Positions 1-10,717 of a DNA stretch of 64,000 nucleotides are shown piece by piece. The position numbers and the translations under genes are program-made. The number at the start of each line of letters is the position of its first letter. Within the stretch, counting starts at the first letter, position 1. Under the pieces are notes generated by a model. The model had not been told where the DNA came from. It saw nothing but the letters and a program-made list of their open reading frames with translations, and searched no databases. Source of the DNA: an uncultured Bdellovibrio sp. (GTDB lineage: Bacteria > Bdellovibrionota > Bdellovibrionia > Bdellovibrionales > Bdellovibrionaceae); the NCBI GenBank assembly GCA_963932905.1, contig CAWVRN010000010.1, positions 1 to 64,000 on the forward strand, given 5' to 3'.

Positions 1-56
1 TTTAAAGAAATTAAATCTCCCCTTAGCTGCACACTAAGGGGCCAGTTCTTAAAAAC

Positions 57-1391
57 TTATAGGAACATTTCTAGCAGTTTAGGATATATGCTCTTAAACG
101 GTTCGCGCGAAAAGTAGTCTTTCTGACCCATAAAATATTTTTTAAGATCCTCTGGGGCATCGATCATGGCTTTATAAATTACATCTTCACACATGATAAA
201 GGCCGCGCTCAATGGGGATATTTTAAACGACGCCAATCCCAACGGAAATCCTCGCCCATCAGGGCGTTCATGATGTTGACGAATGATAACATCCACATCA
301 CTAGGGCACATAGGCCAATTCAACGTTAACTGTGCAGCATCGATGGGATGCGACAGCACTTTGCTTTCCGGCGCTGTTTCTTTTAAATTAACAATTTCAT
401 CGTGCATCAGTAGCGTCTGTTTGTCGGCGAACAAATCATCATTCAGCTCAATATCATGCAAAATCGCTGCAAATGTGAGCTTTTCGATTGTTCCTTGAGA
501 TGCCCAATTCATACGGGTGGCAAGCTCAGTCAGCATAAATGTGAGCAATATCGTATGCGATGCTAGCTTTTTATTTTTATCGTTCTTAAGCATCTCGCCC
601 CAACGCGCAAAAGCTGGTTCTGTTTTTACTACATTTATAACGTTGGAAATATTTTCCTGAGCCAATGCTACTACGGCTGGCGACCATCCGAAAATACGCG
701 ACGCTTTTCCAATCAGCGCTATATCATCGACTAAAATTTCAAATTTTTCTTCCGTTTTAACTTTTTCCCATGCTAGCCGGGAAAATACATTTTTTCTGTA
801 ATCCTTAATGAAGTTCTCGAAATCAATTTTTTCAATATAAAGTTCATCAATAGCTTTATCTGAAAAACGGTGAACTTCACTTTGATTAAATTCTGAACCA
901 GGATGCAGAACCTTAACAAATTTTTCGCTAGAAATTTTCAAATATAAAGACGTATTTATTTTAAAAAGTCGTTGAAGGGCCATCACGTCAACGGGCACAT
1001 AGTCTTTCGATTTTCCCGGTGATGTTTTAATACCCGACTGAATTTGAACAATACGATTACTGATGTCTTTATCAGAAAAAGGTTTATCAATATGGTAGAA
1101 ATTCGTCGCGCCTAAAAATTGTTTATGCTTTTTGGGGTCCTCAGAGGTAATCAAGATAAAGGGTGTTTCCGGATAGAGCTGGCGGACTTCCAAGTACAGG
1201 TCGCCACCATTTTTAATTGGCATATTGAAATCCGAAAAGATAAAATCGACCCCCTTTAAAACATTCAATTTTTCCAAAGCATCCTTGCCATCGCTTGCGA
1301 TAGTAATTTCTGCTTCGGGAAATTCCAGGGAAATAAAGATCTGAATCAAATCAGCTACATCTATTTCATCTTCTACGATCAGAACTTTCAT
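57..1391 (-). CDS. Response regulator with C-terminal HD-GYP-like domain
   Basis: N-terminal receiver (KVLIVEDE, SDFNMP, KPF). C-terminal LHD and HHERPDGRGFP motifs. Start moved to ATG at 1391 (MKVLIV). Confidence 0.8.
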   Translation of the reverse strand: MKVLIVEDEIDVADLIQIFISLEFPEAEITIASDGKDALEKLNVLKGVDFIFSDFNMPIKNGGDLYLEVRQLYPETPFILITSEDPKKHKQFLGATNFYHIDKPFSDKDISNRIVQIQSGIKTSPGKSKDYVPVDVMALQRLFKINTSLYLKISSEKFVKVLHPGSEFNQSEVHRFSDKAIDELYIEKIDFENFIKDYRKNVFSRLAWEKVKTEEKFEILVDDIALIGKASRIFGWSPAVVALAQENISNVINVVKTEPAFARWGEMLKNDKNKKLASHTILLTFMLTELATRMNWASQGTIEKLTFAAILHDIELNDDLFADKQTLLMHDEIVNLKETAPESKVLSHPIDAAQLTLNWPMCPSDVDVIIRQHHERPDGRGFPLGLASFKISPLSAAFIMCEDVIYKAMIDAPEDLKKYFMGQKDYFSREPFKSIYPKLLEMFL

Positions 1392-1494
1392 TCGACATGC
1401 CCCATAACACATAGGGTAGGAATTTTTTGGATGCCCGTCTATTGGTTTAGACTATACTAGACTTTTTGCGCAGGAAGTTAGCTATAGTAATTCA

Positions 1495-3084
1495 CTACAA
1501 TCGATCTATTTTACTCTTAAATGTTTCAGGAAGGTTTTCAATCACTTCCAGCATTTCATAATAGAACATATCGAACGATTGCATTCCGATTTTTTTCTTA
1601 ATTAGCGACAAAACAAAATCTAGAGTTAAAAATTTACTTTTATAGCCTTTGTATATCTTCTCGCCTAGCAGCGACCCCAACAAGTTTGCACAACGAATGT
1701 AACTTGAATTACGCTTCACTTCCATCTTGTTTTTCAAAACTGGTCGTCCTGATAAAATCATCACTTCTTTTGTTTTTTGAAACAAAGCCAACTTTAACGG
1801 CTCTTTTTTAATCTCTTTTGTGTCTGAATCCAAAATTCGTTTCTTGATGTCAGTGATAGTTTCAGTTTTACGCTTGGGATTTATCAATTTAGTGCCAAAG
1901 TAGCTGACAGCCTCAAGCCAAATCAAACTCAGAAAATGATCTGGTAGCGAGTATTTGATATCTTTAATTTTATTGAGTTCAAAATACACATATTGCATCG
2001 CCAGCGAAGAAGCCTGATTGATCGTGGATCGCCCTAGATAACCAAACCCTAATCTCGGAATATAAAATGTTCGCTCTTCTTCAATCAAAAGCTTGTAGAA
2101 ACTATACTCTTCTCGGGTCGTATTTTGTTGCAATCGTTTCAAAAACGAAAAATCAAACGACGAATACACGCTTAGATTTTTAGAATTGATATTAATTTTT
2201 AATTCTTGCGAGATAAGCTTGATGTACTGATCAATATAATCTGTAAAATCAAGTGATTCGTTTTCGATTTCATGATCGTATTTTTTCTCAAGGTACATCA
2301 AATGTGACTGCCACTTCACCCACGGCGGAACATTCATAATACAGTACTCATTCTTATTGAACCGAACTACATCAATATCGTCTTCTTTATTAAGATCCAT
2401 CAATTCAAAATATATCTCATCGATATTTTGAAAAATCTTTAAGTACTTTATTTTCTGCTTATCAAAACCCTTCATCAGCGCCATGGAAGCCAAATGAGAT
2501 TCCCCATATATAACAAAGATTGGGGTTTGCGACTTTTCAAGTTCCGCATTTAAAATTTGATTAGCAATCACGTCCCGTTTCTTTAGAGAATCTTTCAAAT
2601 TGCGATGTTTGACGTGATTAAGAGCAATAATCTGGATTCTATTCTGCTTAGCCCAATGGAAGATCTCTTGATAGTTCTCCCAAGGAAAACCCCATGTCTT
2701 CTTCCATTCTACCCTTTTCAAAAAATCGGCTTCAGAAATTTGGTCCGCCAAATACTGATCAACGTATTTTTGATGCTGAAAAGCTATGCATTCGAGGGCA
2801 ATACGAAACGATTTTAGCTGAATATTTTTTAAGATACGCAAATGAGACCGCTGAGACTGATGCAGAGAATGAAAATCCCCCATAAAGATCAGCTTATTTT
2901 TACGAATCGCTTGAAACAGTTCGTCTCGGTGAGAAATCTTCCAAGTACGGTGATTTAAATGGTCATATTTCTTCTTATATTTGTTTATTTCTGAACGCGG
3001 GCTACCCGAACGCAAATTCACCTGATTCAAAACATATAGATAAAGATCCCTTTTGATTTGGACCCTATCGCCGCCCCCCGTCAC
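1495..3084 (-). CDS. ChaN-like (haem/iron uptake fold) domain protein
   Basis: Motifs GDFH, IALE, WGFPWENY, ALN, RD and YGESHL resemble the ChaN/EreA-like family. 529 aa ORF. Confidence 0.6.
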   Translation of the reverse strand: MTGGGDRVQIKRDLYLYVLNQVNLRSGSPRSEINKYKKKYDHLNHRTWKISHRDELFQAIRKNKLIFMGDFHSLHQSQRSHLRILKNIQLKSFRIALECIAFQHQKYVDQYLADQISEADFLKRVEWKKTWGFPWENYQEIFHWAKQNRIQIIALNHVKHRNLKDSLKKRDVIANQILNAELEKSQTPIFVIYGESHLASMALMKGFDKQKIKYLKIFQNIDEIYFELMDLNKEDDIDVVRFNKNEYCIMNVPPWVKWQSHLMYLEKKYDHEIENESLDFTDYIDQYIKLISQELKININSKNLSVYSSFDFSFLKRLQQNTTREEYSFYKLLIEEERTFYIPRLGFGYLGRSTINQASSLAMQYVYFELNKIKDIKYSLPDHFLSLIWLEAVSYFGTKLINPKRKTETITDIKKRILDSDTKEIKKEPLKLALFQKTKEVMILSGRPVLKNKMEVKRNSSYIRCANLLGSLLGEKIYKGYKSKFLTLDFVLSLIKKKIGMQSFDMFYYEMLEVIENLPETFKSKIDRL

Positions 3085-3154
3085 TAAACTTCTCCAAGAA
3101 AATGAGTACTAGAAATAAATTCACCTCGGCACTGTTTTATGGTCTCATTAAGAA

Positions 3155-4339
3155 ATGGAAACAAAAAGCAAAAAATTAATTTACGTCGCGTTTTTATCAA
3201 CTTTAGCTTCTATCGGATTGCACGTCTATCTGTCGTTCAAATACTACGGCTTAAAATTCGGACTCGGTTCTTCCAGCGCTTGTAACATAAATGAAAAATT
3301 CAACTGCGACGTAGCTTCCTCTAGCCAGTTTGCTGATATATTTGGCGTTCCAATCGCAACGTTAGGAGCCCTCACCAATGCTGGACTTTTGATCCTATTA
3401 CTAAACTTCTTCCTAACTTCAACAGCAAGTCGCCGGGCGTTCTATTTTGGCTACTTACTTTCTGGCTTCACCCTTCTAGTTTCCGTGGTGATGGGAACGA
3501 TCTCGATAGCTTTTTTAAGCTCATACTGCCCTTTCTGTATAGCTGCATATGTTTTATCGATCATCACATTCCTTTGCCTTCATTTCACAAAAGAAAAAGG
3601 TCAAACCTTGGCAGGCAACCTGCCGTATCTATTCACGGAAAATAAAGGATCACTTTACATTTTAGTCGCTATTCCGTTACTTGGCCTGTTTATAAACTGG
3701 AATATAAACAAACAATTCACAAATGACCGCTTAGAAATGTACATTGCGGAAAGCATTCAATCTTGGAAATCTAAAGAGCCAGTTAGTTTTGATTTATCTC
3801 GTGGCATTTCAAAAGGGGCCGAAGATTCTAAATTTGTAATCGTAGAATTCGCCGACTATCTGTGCCCACACTGCAAACATGCCAACAGTCCACTTAAAAC
3901 TTTTATTAGCACTTATTCAAATGCTAAACTCGTGTTCAAGCCTTATCCCTTGGATGGAACCTGCAACACTAGTCCGGGTTTACAAGGCGCCGGTGACGGC
4001 ATTCGTTGCCGACTTTCATTCGCTACCTATTGCGCAGAAAAACTATATAAAGAAGGTTTTAAGTATCACGATTACATTTTTGAAAACCAAGAGTTCTTCC
4101 ATGGCGTTTCTAAGAATGAGGAAGTCGATCAAAAGATTTGTAGTATTGACGAATCTCGTTGCACTCAAATGAAAGAATGCATGAGTTCTGAAGAAACTGT
4201 CAATTGGGTTAAAACAGCAGCCAAAGAAGGCGAAGACGCTAAAATTACTGGGACCCCTACAATATTTGTTAACGGCAAAAAACTGGACGGCGGTCAAAAC
4301 TTTATGGTTTTAAAATCGCTCTACTCGAACATTAAGTAG
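3155..4339 (+). CDS. VKOR-DsbA fusion (disulfide bond formation protein)
   Basis: Membrane VKOR domain with C-x7-C loop (CNINEKFNC) and CPFC, followed by a thioredoxin-fold domain with EFADYLCPHC and cis-Pro GTPT. Confidence 0.88.
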   Translation: METKSKKLIYVAFLSTLASIGLHVYLSFKYYGLKFGLGSSSACNINEKFNCDVASSSQFADIFGVPIATLGALTNAGLLILLLNFFLTSTASRRAFYFGYLLSGFTLLVSVVMGTISIAFLSSYCPFCIAAYVLSIITFLCLHFTKEKGQTLAGNLPYLFTENKGSLYILVAIPLLGLFINWNINKQFTNDRLEMYIAESIQSWKSKEPVSFDLSRGISKGAEDSKFVIVEFADYLCPHCKHANSPLKTFISTYSNAKLVFKPYPLDGTCNTSPGLQGAGDGIRCRLSFATYCAEKLYKEGFKYHDYIFENQEFFHGVSKNEEVDQKICSIDESRCTQMKECMSSEETVNWVKTAAKEGEDAKITGTPTIFVNGKKLDGGQNFMVLKSLYSNIK

Positions 4340-4344
4340 TCGAA

Positions 4345-4914
4345 TTACAACTTAAGAAAATCTAGAGCAGCATCCACCCATTTAGTGAATGTCTCCTCTA
4401 GAACGACAAAACTAGTTACTGCAAGTCCACGATAAATTTCAACTGCAAACCAAGTTACCAATATGGCTAAAGCGGCTACCCACAGGGCTCTGACAACATA
4501 GATCGTACTACGCGCATCTTCTAATTCTAGATCACGCTCCACTTTTTCAATTTTCCTAAGCATAAAAATAAGCTCATTGAAATGATCTTTGAAACGATCA
4601 CGCAATTCTTGCTGTTTAGCGCGGGTCAGCTGACTGATTCCCGGGAAGTTACGCTTAGCTTTAATGGCATAGATTAAATCAATACAGTGATTAATATAAC
4701 GTTCTACACGCTGATTAAATGTGGGAAACACACTTTCAGTTTTATAAAAAGTCCTTAACTCTTCAATCGCTGGTTCATAATTCTCTTCCATGACTTGCAC
4801 CAAAATACGATAACGCAGTTGATCCGGTTTACCGAAATCGTTCGGATCTATACCCATTTCAAAAATTCGCTTGGTTTCGTTTTCAGCAGAGAATGCGAGC
4901 TTGAATTGACTCAT
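4345..4914 (-). CDS. Hypothetical protein with C-terminal TM helix
   Basis: 189 aa ORF filling the space between genes, with hydrophobic segment ALWVAALAILVTWFAV. Confidence 0.7.
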   Translation of the reverse strand: MSQFKLAFSAENETKRIFEMGIDPNDFGKPDQLRYRILVQVMEENYEPAIEELRTFYKTESVFPTFNQRVERYINHCIDLIYAIKAKRNFPGISQLTRAKQQELRDRFKDHFNELIFMLRKIEKVERDLELEDARSTIYVVRALWVAALAILVTWFAVEIYRGLAVTSFVVLEETFTKWVDAALDFLKL

Positions 4915-5071
4915 ACTTATTCTTCGGTCCAGGTCCCGTTACTCTTTAGTCTAGTTCTTTTGACACCCGAGGTGCCGACGATGCGCATTCAGAGTTACAC
5001 TCACATAAATGACCAAGGTCTAGTTTTAGGACCTTGGATTGTGAAAGCATCCCGTTTTGATACAATAAGTT

Positions 5072-6172
5072 ATGGACACAACTAATCTATTTCATACGCA
5101 AGCGATTCACACAGACAAAAAAAACAATGATGTCGTAACCATGCCGAACACGTTGTCTTCAACTCTGACAAACTTAAATCCTAATCGCGTACAAAAAAAT
5201 GGCAATTCGTTGTCACTAGAAACGCTGCTTTCGATCCAAGATCAGAACAATGAAAAATTAAAAGTAACTCTTCGCCGTCTTTCCATTTATGAAAATGAAA
5301 TCCAAGATTTAAAGAAAAAAATTGAAGAGCATGCGCATGAAAAATCAGTACTTGGTGATCAAATCTATGTCTTACGTGAGAAAGACAAAGCCTCTCGATT
5401 ATCAATTTCAGAGCTAACGGAAATTAACGAAGTTCTTGATGTTAAAAACGCGATGCTGACAGAAAAAACCCAAGCTCAGTTTGTTGAAATCAGTCGCCTT
5501 CAACGTTACCAGGAAAAAATCAAAACTCAGGTAAAACCGTATTTTTCACAGCTCAAAGATTACTCCAAGTCCCTAGAGGCACAACACAAACGCGTTGTTG
5601 AACAATTAGCCCAAAAAGAATTGGCTTTGCGTGAACTACGTACGCAAATGAATGAATTAATCAAAAACTATCAAGCCCAAATCGATTCCGATAATTTGAA
5701 AATTTCGAAAATCACCGAATCATTTGAAAGCGAAGTTCAGCAGCTAAAAAATGAAATTTCAGAAATACAGGCTAAACTTGAATTCAGCGAAAAAGTGGCA
5801 GCTGAAAACAAAGACTACTACAATAAATTTTTAGATTCCGAAAATCAAAGAATAGAACTCGAACGTTTAGTGGAAAATAAACAAGCTGAAATTGCCCAAA
5901 TGCTAGAATCTTTCAAGTCGGCTGAATTGGAACTAAAAAAATCCAACTACAAGCATGAATCCGAAAACAAAGATCTAAAAATAACGTTAAACATGCTGAA
6001 CAAAGAAAACCAAGATCTGGCGCAAAAAAATTTAGATTTAGAACAACAACTAGAATCTATGAAGTTTTTGTGGAATCAAAAAAACAAAGAGACCGACAAA
6101 TTAAAATCGGCTCTGGACAGCTTGGAAAACATCAATCTTGAACTAAGCAAGCAATTAAACTCAAAAGGCTAA
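5072..6172 (+). CDS. Long coiled-coil protein
   Basis: 366 aa, E/K/L/Q-rich with a heptad pattern. Confidence 0.75.
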   Translation: MDTTNLFHTQAIHTDKKNNDVVTMPNTLSSTLTNLNPNRVQKNGNSLSLETLLSIQDQNNEKLKVTLRRLSIYENEIQDLKKKIEEHAHEKSVLGDQIYVLREKDKASRLSISELTEINEVLDVKNAMLTEKTQAQFVEISRLQRYQEKIKTQVKPYFSQLKDYSKSLEAQHKRVVEQLAQKELALRELRTQMNELIKNYQAQIDSDNLKISKITESFESEVQQLKNEISEIQAKLEFSEKVAAENKDYYNKFLDSENQRIELERLVENKQAEIAQMLESFKSAELELKKSNYKHESENKDLKITLNMLNKENQDLAQKNLDLEQQLESMKFLWNQKNKETDKLKSALDSLENINLELSKQLNSKG

Positions 6173-6509
6173 CGTTCGTAGCTTTAGCGACGAGATAGCC
6201 GTTTTTTCTATGCGCATCTGATAGCATTAGCATTTGTGTGGATTCCCATTCTATATGCTCAAGAGTTTCTACTTCTCGATTGCTAATTCTATATTTGACT
6301 CCGGGGGCATCTTTCTTTTCAACAACGAATTGCAAGATACCATCCGAATTATGGCGCAGTTTAACCGAGTTCCCCAACAACTTTTCTATAACTAAAAAAA
6401 GAGTATTTTTCGATACTCTTTTTTTGCTTAATATAGCGGACCGGAATATTTCAAGCAGCGTTTGATGTTTCTGTTTTTTGAATGCCTGGGTTGGTTTCCA
6501 ACCATTCAT
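6132..6509 (-). CDS. Possible small hypothetical protein (start uncertain)
   Basis: Open frame covering the 278-nt gap between convergent genes. Overlaps both neighbours and has no clear RBS. Confidence 0.25.
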   Translation of the reverse strand: MNGWKPTQAFKKQKHQTLLEIFRSAILSKKRVSKNTLFLVIEKLLGNSVKLRHNSDGILQFVVEKKDAPGVKYRISNREVETLEHIEWESTQMLMLSDAHRKNGYLVAKATNVSLLSLIACLVQD

Positions 6510-6861
6510 CTTCAATGAGTTCCGTAGTTTCTGTTTTTTCAATCGTCGTCGGCAAAACACTCACAAAATCAAAAGCCAAATGAGAATAATTATAGGACTT
6601 AACGATTTTCTTAAAATCTTCATTCAGACCGTTAATTTGAAATTGAATCGAGCCTAACGCAGCGACTTCGTTTACTGTAGTAAAAAAATGTAAAATTCCG
6701 TTTGATCCCACAAAACTTAAATTTTTAAGATCAAAGCTTACGCGCTGGTTTTTAAATTCTTGCAAAAGAACATTACGCAAATAGTTAGTTTTCATTAAAT
6801 CCAGCTTACCGGTAAAGGTAATATGGTACCCATCGCTTAGTTTTACAGCTTCTGTCTTCAT
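6451..6861 (-). CDS. STAS-domain (anti-sigma factor antagonist-like) protein
   Basis: FTGKLD and FDLKNLSFVGSNGI STAS signature. AGGAG RBS upstream. Confidence 0.8.
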   Translation of the reverse strand: MKTEAVKLSDGYHITFTGKLDLMKTNYLRNVLLQEFKNQRVSFDLKNLSFVGSNGILHFFTTVNEVAALGSIQFQINGLNEDFKKIVKSYNYSHLAFDFVSVLPTTIEKTETTELIEDEWLETNPGIQKTETSNAA

Positions 6862-6996
6862 AGCACTCCTTGCTTTTGTAATCTATCGTCTCAAAATGGA
6901 ATTTCCAGTAGCCGAGTTTTGTTGATTTTCCTAATTTTTAGACAAAAGAATTATCTAGACAAAGGCATACGGAAATGTTGTCATTTGTTACGTAAC

Positions 6997-9392
6997 ATGC
7001 GGCAACTACTGGTTTTTTTTTATTATTAGCAACCTCCCCCCTGTTCGCAGAAATCATTAATGCGAAGATTCAGGGTCTGGTTATTCAGGCGGATAGTCTA
7101 GACCGCGATGAAAATGAAATCGTCGAGCTTAAAGGCGGCGTTCAGATCGTATATAAAGACTATCACATCAAGTGCGATCGCGCGAAAGTTTACCTAAAAA
7201 CAAAACGGGTTTACCTCAGCGGTCGAGTCCTTATGACTCAGACAAAGTCTACCATTGGCGGCGATCAAATCTGGTTAGATTACGAATCTAATACCGGCGT
7301 AATTTCAAAGGGGTTCGTTCAATCGGGCAACGTCATTTTCGAAGGTGAGTTGATCAACAAAACAGGCGAGAATGACTACTACGTGGTCAAAGCTGACTAC
7401 ACCACCTGTACGAATTGCCCCGCTTCGTGGAGCTTTCAAGGCGCTCAGATTCGGGCCGAATTAGGCGGTTACGCCTACATCAAAAACTCGTTCCTAAAAT
7501 TTGGATCGGTTCCCGTTTTCTGGATTCCTTATTTGATTGTCCCACTGAAAAGCGATCGCCAAACAGGGCTACTAACACCTGAATTTGAATCATCGCAAGC
7601 CGGCGGTTTGACGGTGTCTCAACCCTTCTTCTGGGTGATTTCACGTAACGAAGATCTAACGTACACATTTAAAAACTATGAATTGCGTGGCGCTAAAAAT
7701 TTGGTGAACTACCGGTACATGTTGAATGCAGAAAGTTATGGTGAACTTAGCACCGGTTGGCTACGTGATAAGGTCTTTCAAAATGAGGATCGTGTAAATA
7801 GATTTCGCAACGATGAACACAAAGGTGATGGTTTTAACCGTTGGTTCATCAAGTACGATCATTATACTCAGCTACCGAATGATTATATCCATCGCATGCA
7901 AATCAACAATGCCAGCGATTTACAATACCCAAAAGATTTCTCACGCGAAACACGCAATCACAATGAACCTTCTTTCGAAAATCGCATGAGTCTGACGAAA
8001 AATTTTGAAAACATTCACGCTAACGCCGACACCGCTTATCATCTAAATATGCTAAAAAGTGACCCCCTATCTGGTAATGATGAAAGTGTTCACCGCGTTC
8101 CCGAAATTCGTGTATCACAAATGACCGAACCGTTATTTAAAAATTCATCTCTGCTTTACAGTTGGGACCTGAATTATTTAAATCTAGCTCGTGCTGGTAA
8201 AAGCTATGACGATATGACTTACGATAGTGTAAACAAAATACGCTACCCAACCAACTCATGCAACTCACCCGATTACGATCGCGATCCCGCGTGCTCGCTG
8301 ATCAGCGACGGCGAGTACAATCCATACACAGATTTAATACGAACAGGCCAACGCTTAGATTTCAAACCTACACTAAGCTACCCGATTAACTTAAATGATA
8401 CGGTCGATATTTTACCAAAAATCTCGTACCGCGAAACGCAATACCAGTTTCAATTAACCGACGACTATTCTCGCCTCTACCGCCGTTACTTGAAAACAGA
8501 AGTCAGCGCCCGTACTCAACTGACTCAGATATATTCGTCTTCAAATGATCTAAAAGGAACCAAACTTCGCCATGAAGTGATTCCTCAGGTGACTTACACA
8601 AAAACTCCCTGGGTTGATCGTAAAGAACATCCATTCTGGGGCTTTGACAAAGACAATCAAACAGAAATTCCCTTTACCAGCCAAGACGGCATTTCAGATG
8701 GGGATTTAGCCAGTCCATATGGTTTACAATTCGATTATCTTGATCGCAGTTTAGATCGCGAAATCGTCACGTTCTCGGTCTTACAACGTCTAACCGAAAA
8801 ATCTTGGGAAGGAAGCACTCCTATCTACAAGCAATTAGCGTCGTTAAGTTTGTCTCAATCCTATGACGTGTACCAATCCAATTTGAATTCGGCGACGAAA
8901 CAACCATGGTCGAACATCGCCGCCTACTTGAACGTAAATCTAGATTCATTTACAACATCATCGCTGTTCAACTACTATCCGTATCAAAAAGTAACCAACG
9001 TTTCTTCATCCGCTCGCTTTACTAACAAATTTGGCAATTTCTACGAATTGGGTTTGAATAAAACTTATTCTATCACCCCAGGAAAAGACGTTGATGCAAG
9101 TACGCGTACAGAAGATTACATATTCAGAACAGGTTTAATTACGAAGTATTTCAATTTAATCGGACAGTTTGTTTACGATGGTAATTGGCTGAACAACTCT
9201 AAAAACAAACGGATCAAATCGTGGGCCTACGTTAGTCAATTCAAACCACCCGGCGATTGCTGGTTAATCACATTAGCCCAATATCAGGTTACTTCAGGTA
9301 CACAAGAACTAAAGCTTTCATTTGAGTTTACATTCGATGGAAATTCCAAACCGCCTTTGACGATCGAGGCGCTGGATCAGATTATTAACTAA
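6997..9392 (+). CDS. lptD: LPS-assembly protein LptD, apparently frameshifted at poly-T 7013-7021
   Basis: YTTC..CPASW, DRQTGLL.P, LTVSQPFFW and GDCW motifs. The frame stays open upstream of 7233 through an OstA-like N-domain (IQADSL, LKGGVQI). The signal-peptide ATG at 6997 is out of frame by one base. Confidence 0.85.
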
Positions 9393-9730
9393 AATCTAAA
9401 AACGTAAATGGTTTCAATTTTGCCGTCGGCCGTTGGGAAGACGAATAATTTATTCGCCGGTAGTTCAACAATATCGTTGCTTGGTTTTTCGTTGGATTCA
9501 TTCATAGCGAATAATCCATAGGCCATACCTCCGTACAATCCAAGTGAGGCTCCCCGTGCAATATTGGCATAGCTTTCGTTTGGTTTCTTTTCAAATACCA
9601 AACTAGCCAAACCTAGACCCGCACCAGCTAATGTTCCATAACCGCACGATTTTAGAAATTGCTTTAAGTCTTGCGAGAATGCAGACTGGGCGAAAAACAT
9701 CAATAGTACAATACCGACTTTTATTTTCAT
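9389..9730 (-). CDS. Exported hypothetical protein with glycine-zipper motifs
   Basis: Signal peptide MKIKVG...AFS. GTLAGAGLGLA and GASLGLYGG motifs. Confidence 0.7.
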   Translation of the reverse strand: MKIKVGIVLLMFFAQSAFSQDLKQFLKSCGYGTLAGAGLGLASLVFEKKPNESYANIARGASLGLYGGMAYGLFAMNESNEKPSNDIVELPANKLFVFPTADGKIETIYVFRF

Positions 9731-9743
9731 TACGTTTAGTCTC

Positions 9744-10079
9744 TCAACAATCATTTTCAATTTCAATAAATAAAATATCGCCACTAGCAGGAACTAGCGC
9801 CAATTCCAAAGTGATATCTAAGGCATAACGCCGCTGAAAATAGTGATAAACGCGAATCAGTCGTTGTTTTTGACTGCGGGAAACTCGATAAGCCACAAAA
9901 TCCCAGTTCGCTATGGATTTAACTTCTATCATTCGCAATTCATTATTTTTTTGAAATATCAGATCGATTTCGGCCAATTTTGTTTTGAATCGATGATGAA
10001 GCAGTTTCCAGCCCTGACGCTGCAATTGATGTATAACTTTATGTTCGGAATTTAAACCTTTAAGGTGCTCATAGTACAT
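9744..10079 (-). CDS. yraN: YraN family (UPF0102) endonuclease-like protein
   Basis: G..SE, EIDLI and IEVK motifs. Canonical position after rnhB. Confidence 0.85.
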   Translation of the reverse strand: MYYEHLKGLNSEHKVIHQLQRQGWKLLHHRFKTKLAEIDLIFQKNNELRMIEVKSIANWDFVAYRVSRSQKQRLIRVYHYFQRRYALDITLELALVPASGDILFIEIENDC

Positions 10080-10707
10080 GCTCCTTAACTCCCTTAAACG
10101 ACTTTCGATGAATCGAAGTCACGCCTAAGGCAGCAATAGCATCTTTGTGTCCCTGCGTAGGATAACCTTTATGATCAGAGAATCCGAAACCAGGAAACTG
10201 ATTTTCAAAATCTTTCATCAGCGTATCACGATGAACTTTAGCCACGATCGAAGCCGCGGAAATTAATTGAATCCACAGATCTCCTTTGATCACAGCCATT
10301 TGATCATAACCCGGCAAATCACCAATAAATTGATTTCCATCCACCAACACCAATTTTGAAGCTGAGGCTGGCAAATTCAGTTTTTCAATTGACCGCCTCA
10401 TGGCCAACAAGGACGCTTTTAAAATATTGATCTCATCAATTTCAGATTGATCGCACCATCCTAGGGCATGGACATATTCATTTTGAATTTTTAAGCTAAG
10501 TTCGTTTCGTTTGATTTCCGAGAGAGTTTTAGAATCTTTAAAAGTCGACCAGCTAGATGTTTTCTCTTTAGTAAACACCACACTGCCAGCGACGACAGGT
10601 CCAGCCAGACAGCCGCGACCTACTTCATCTACCCCGATTATGTAATCGTAGGGCAATTCCATCCAAGCTAGTTTACTAGCTTGGAGTGCATCTAATTTTT
10701 TTAACAT
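10069..10707 (-). CDS. rnhB: Ribonuclease HII
   Basis: GVDEVGRGCLAGPV, DSK, DGN, KGD, AASIVAKV and HKGYPT motifs. Confidence 0.97.
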   Translation of the reverse strand: MLKKLDALQASKLAWMELPYDYIIGVDEVGRGCLAGPVVAGSVVFTKEKTSSWSTFKDSKTLSEIKRNELSLKIQNEYVHALGWCDQSEIDEINILKASLLAMRRSIEKLNLPASASKLVLVDGNQFIGDLPGYDQMAVIKGDLWIQLISAASIVAKVHRDTLMKDFENQFPGFGFSDHKGYPTQGHKDAIAALGVTSIHRKSFKGVKEHVL

Positions 10708-10717
10708 TATTTAATAA

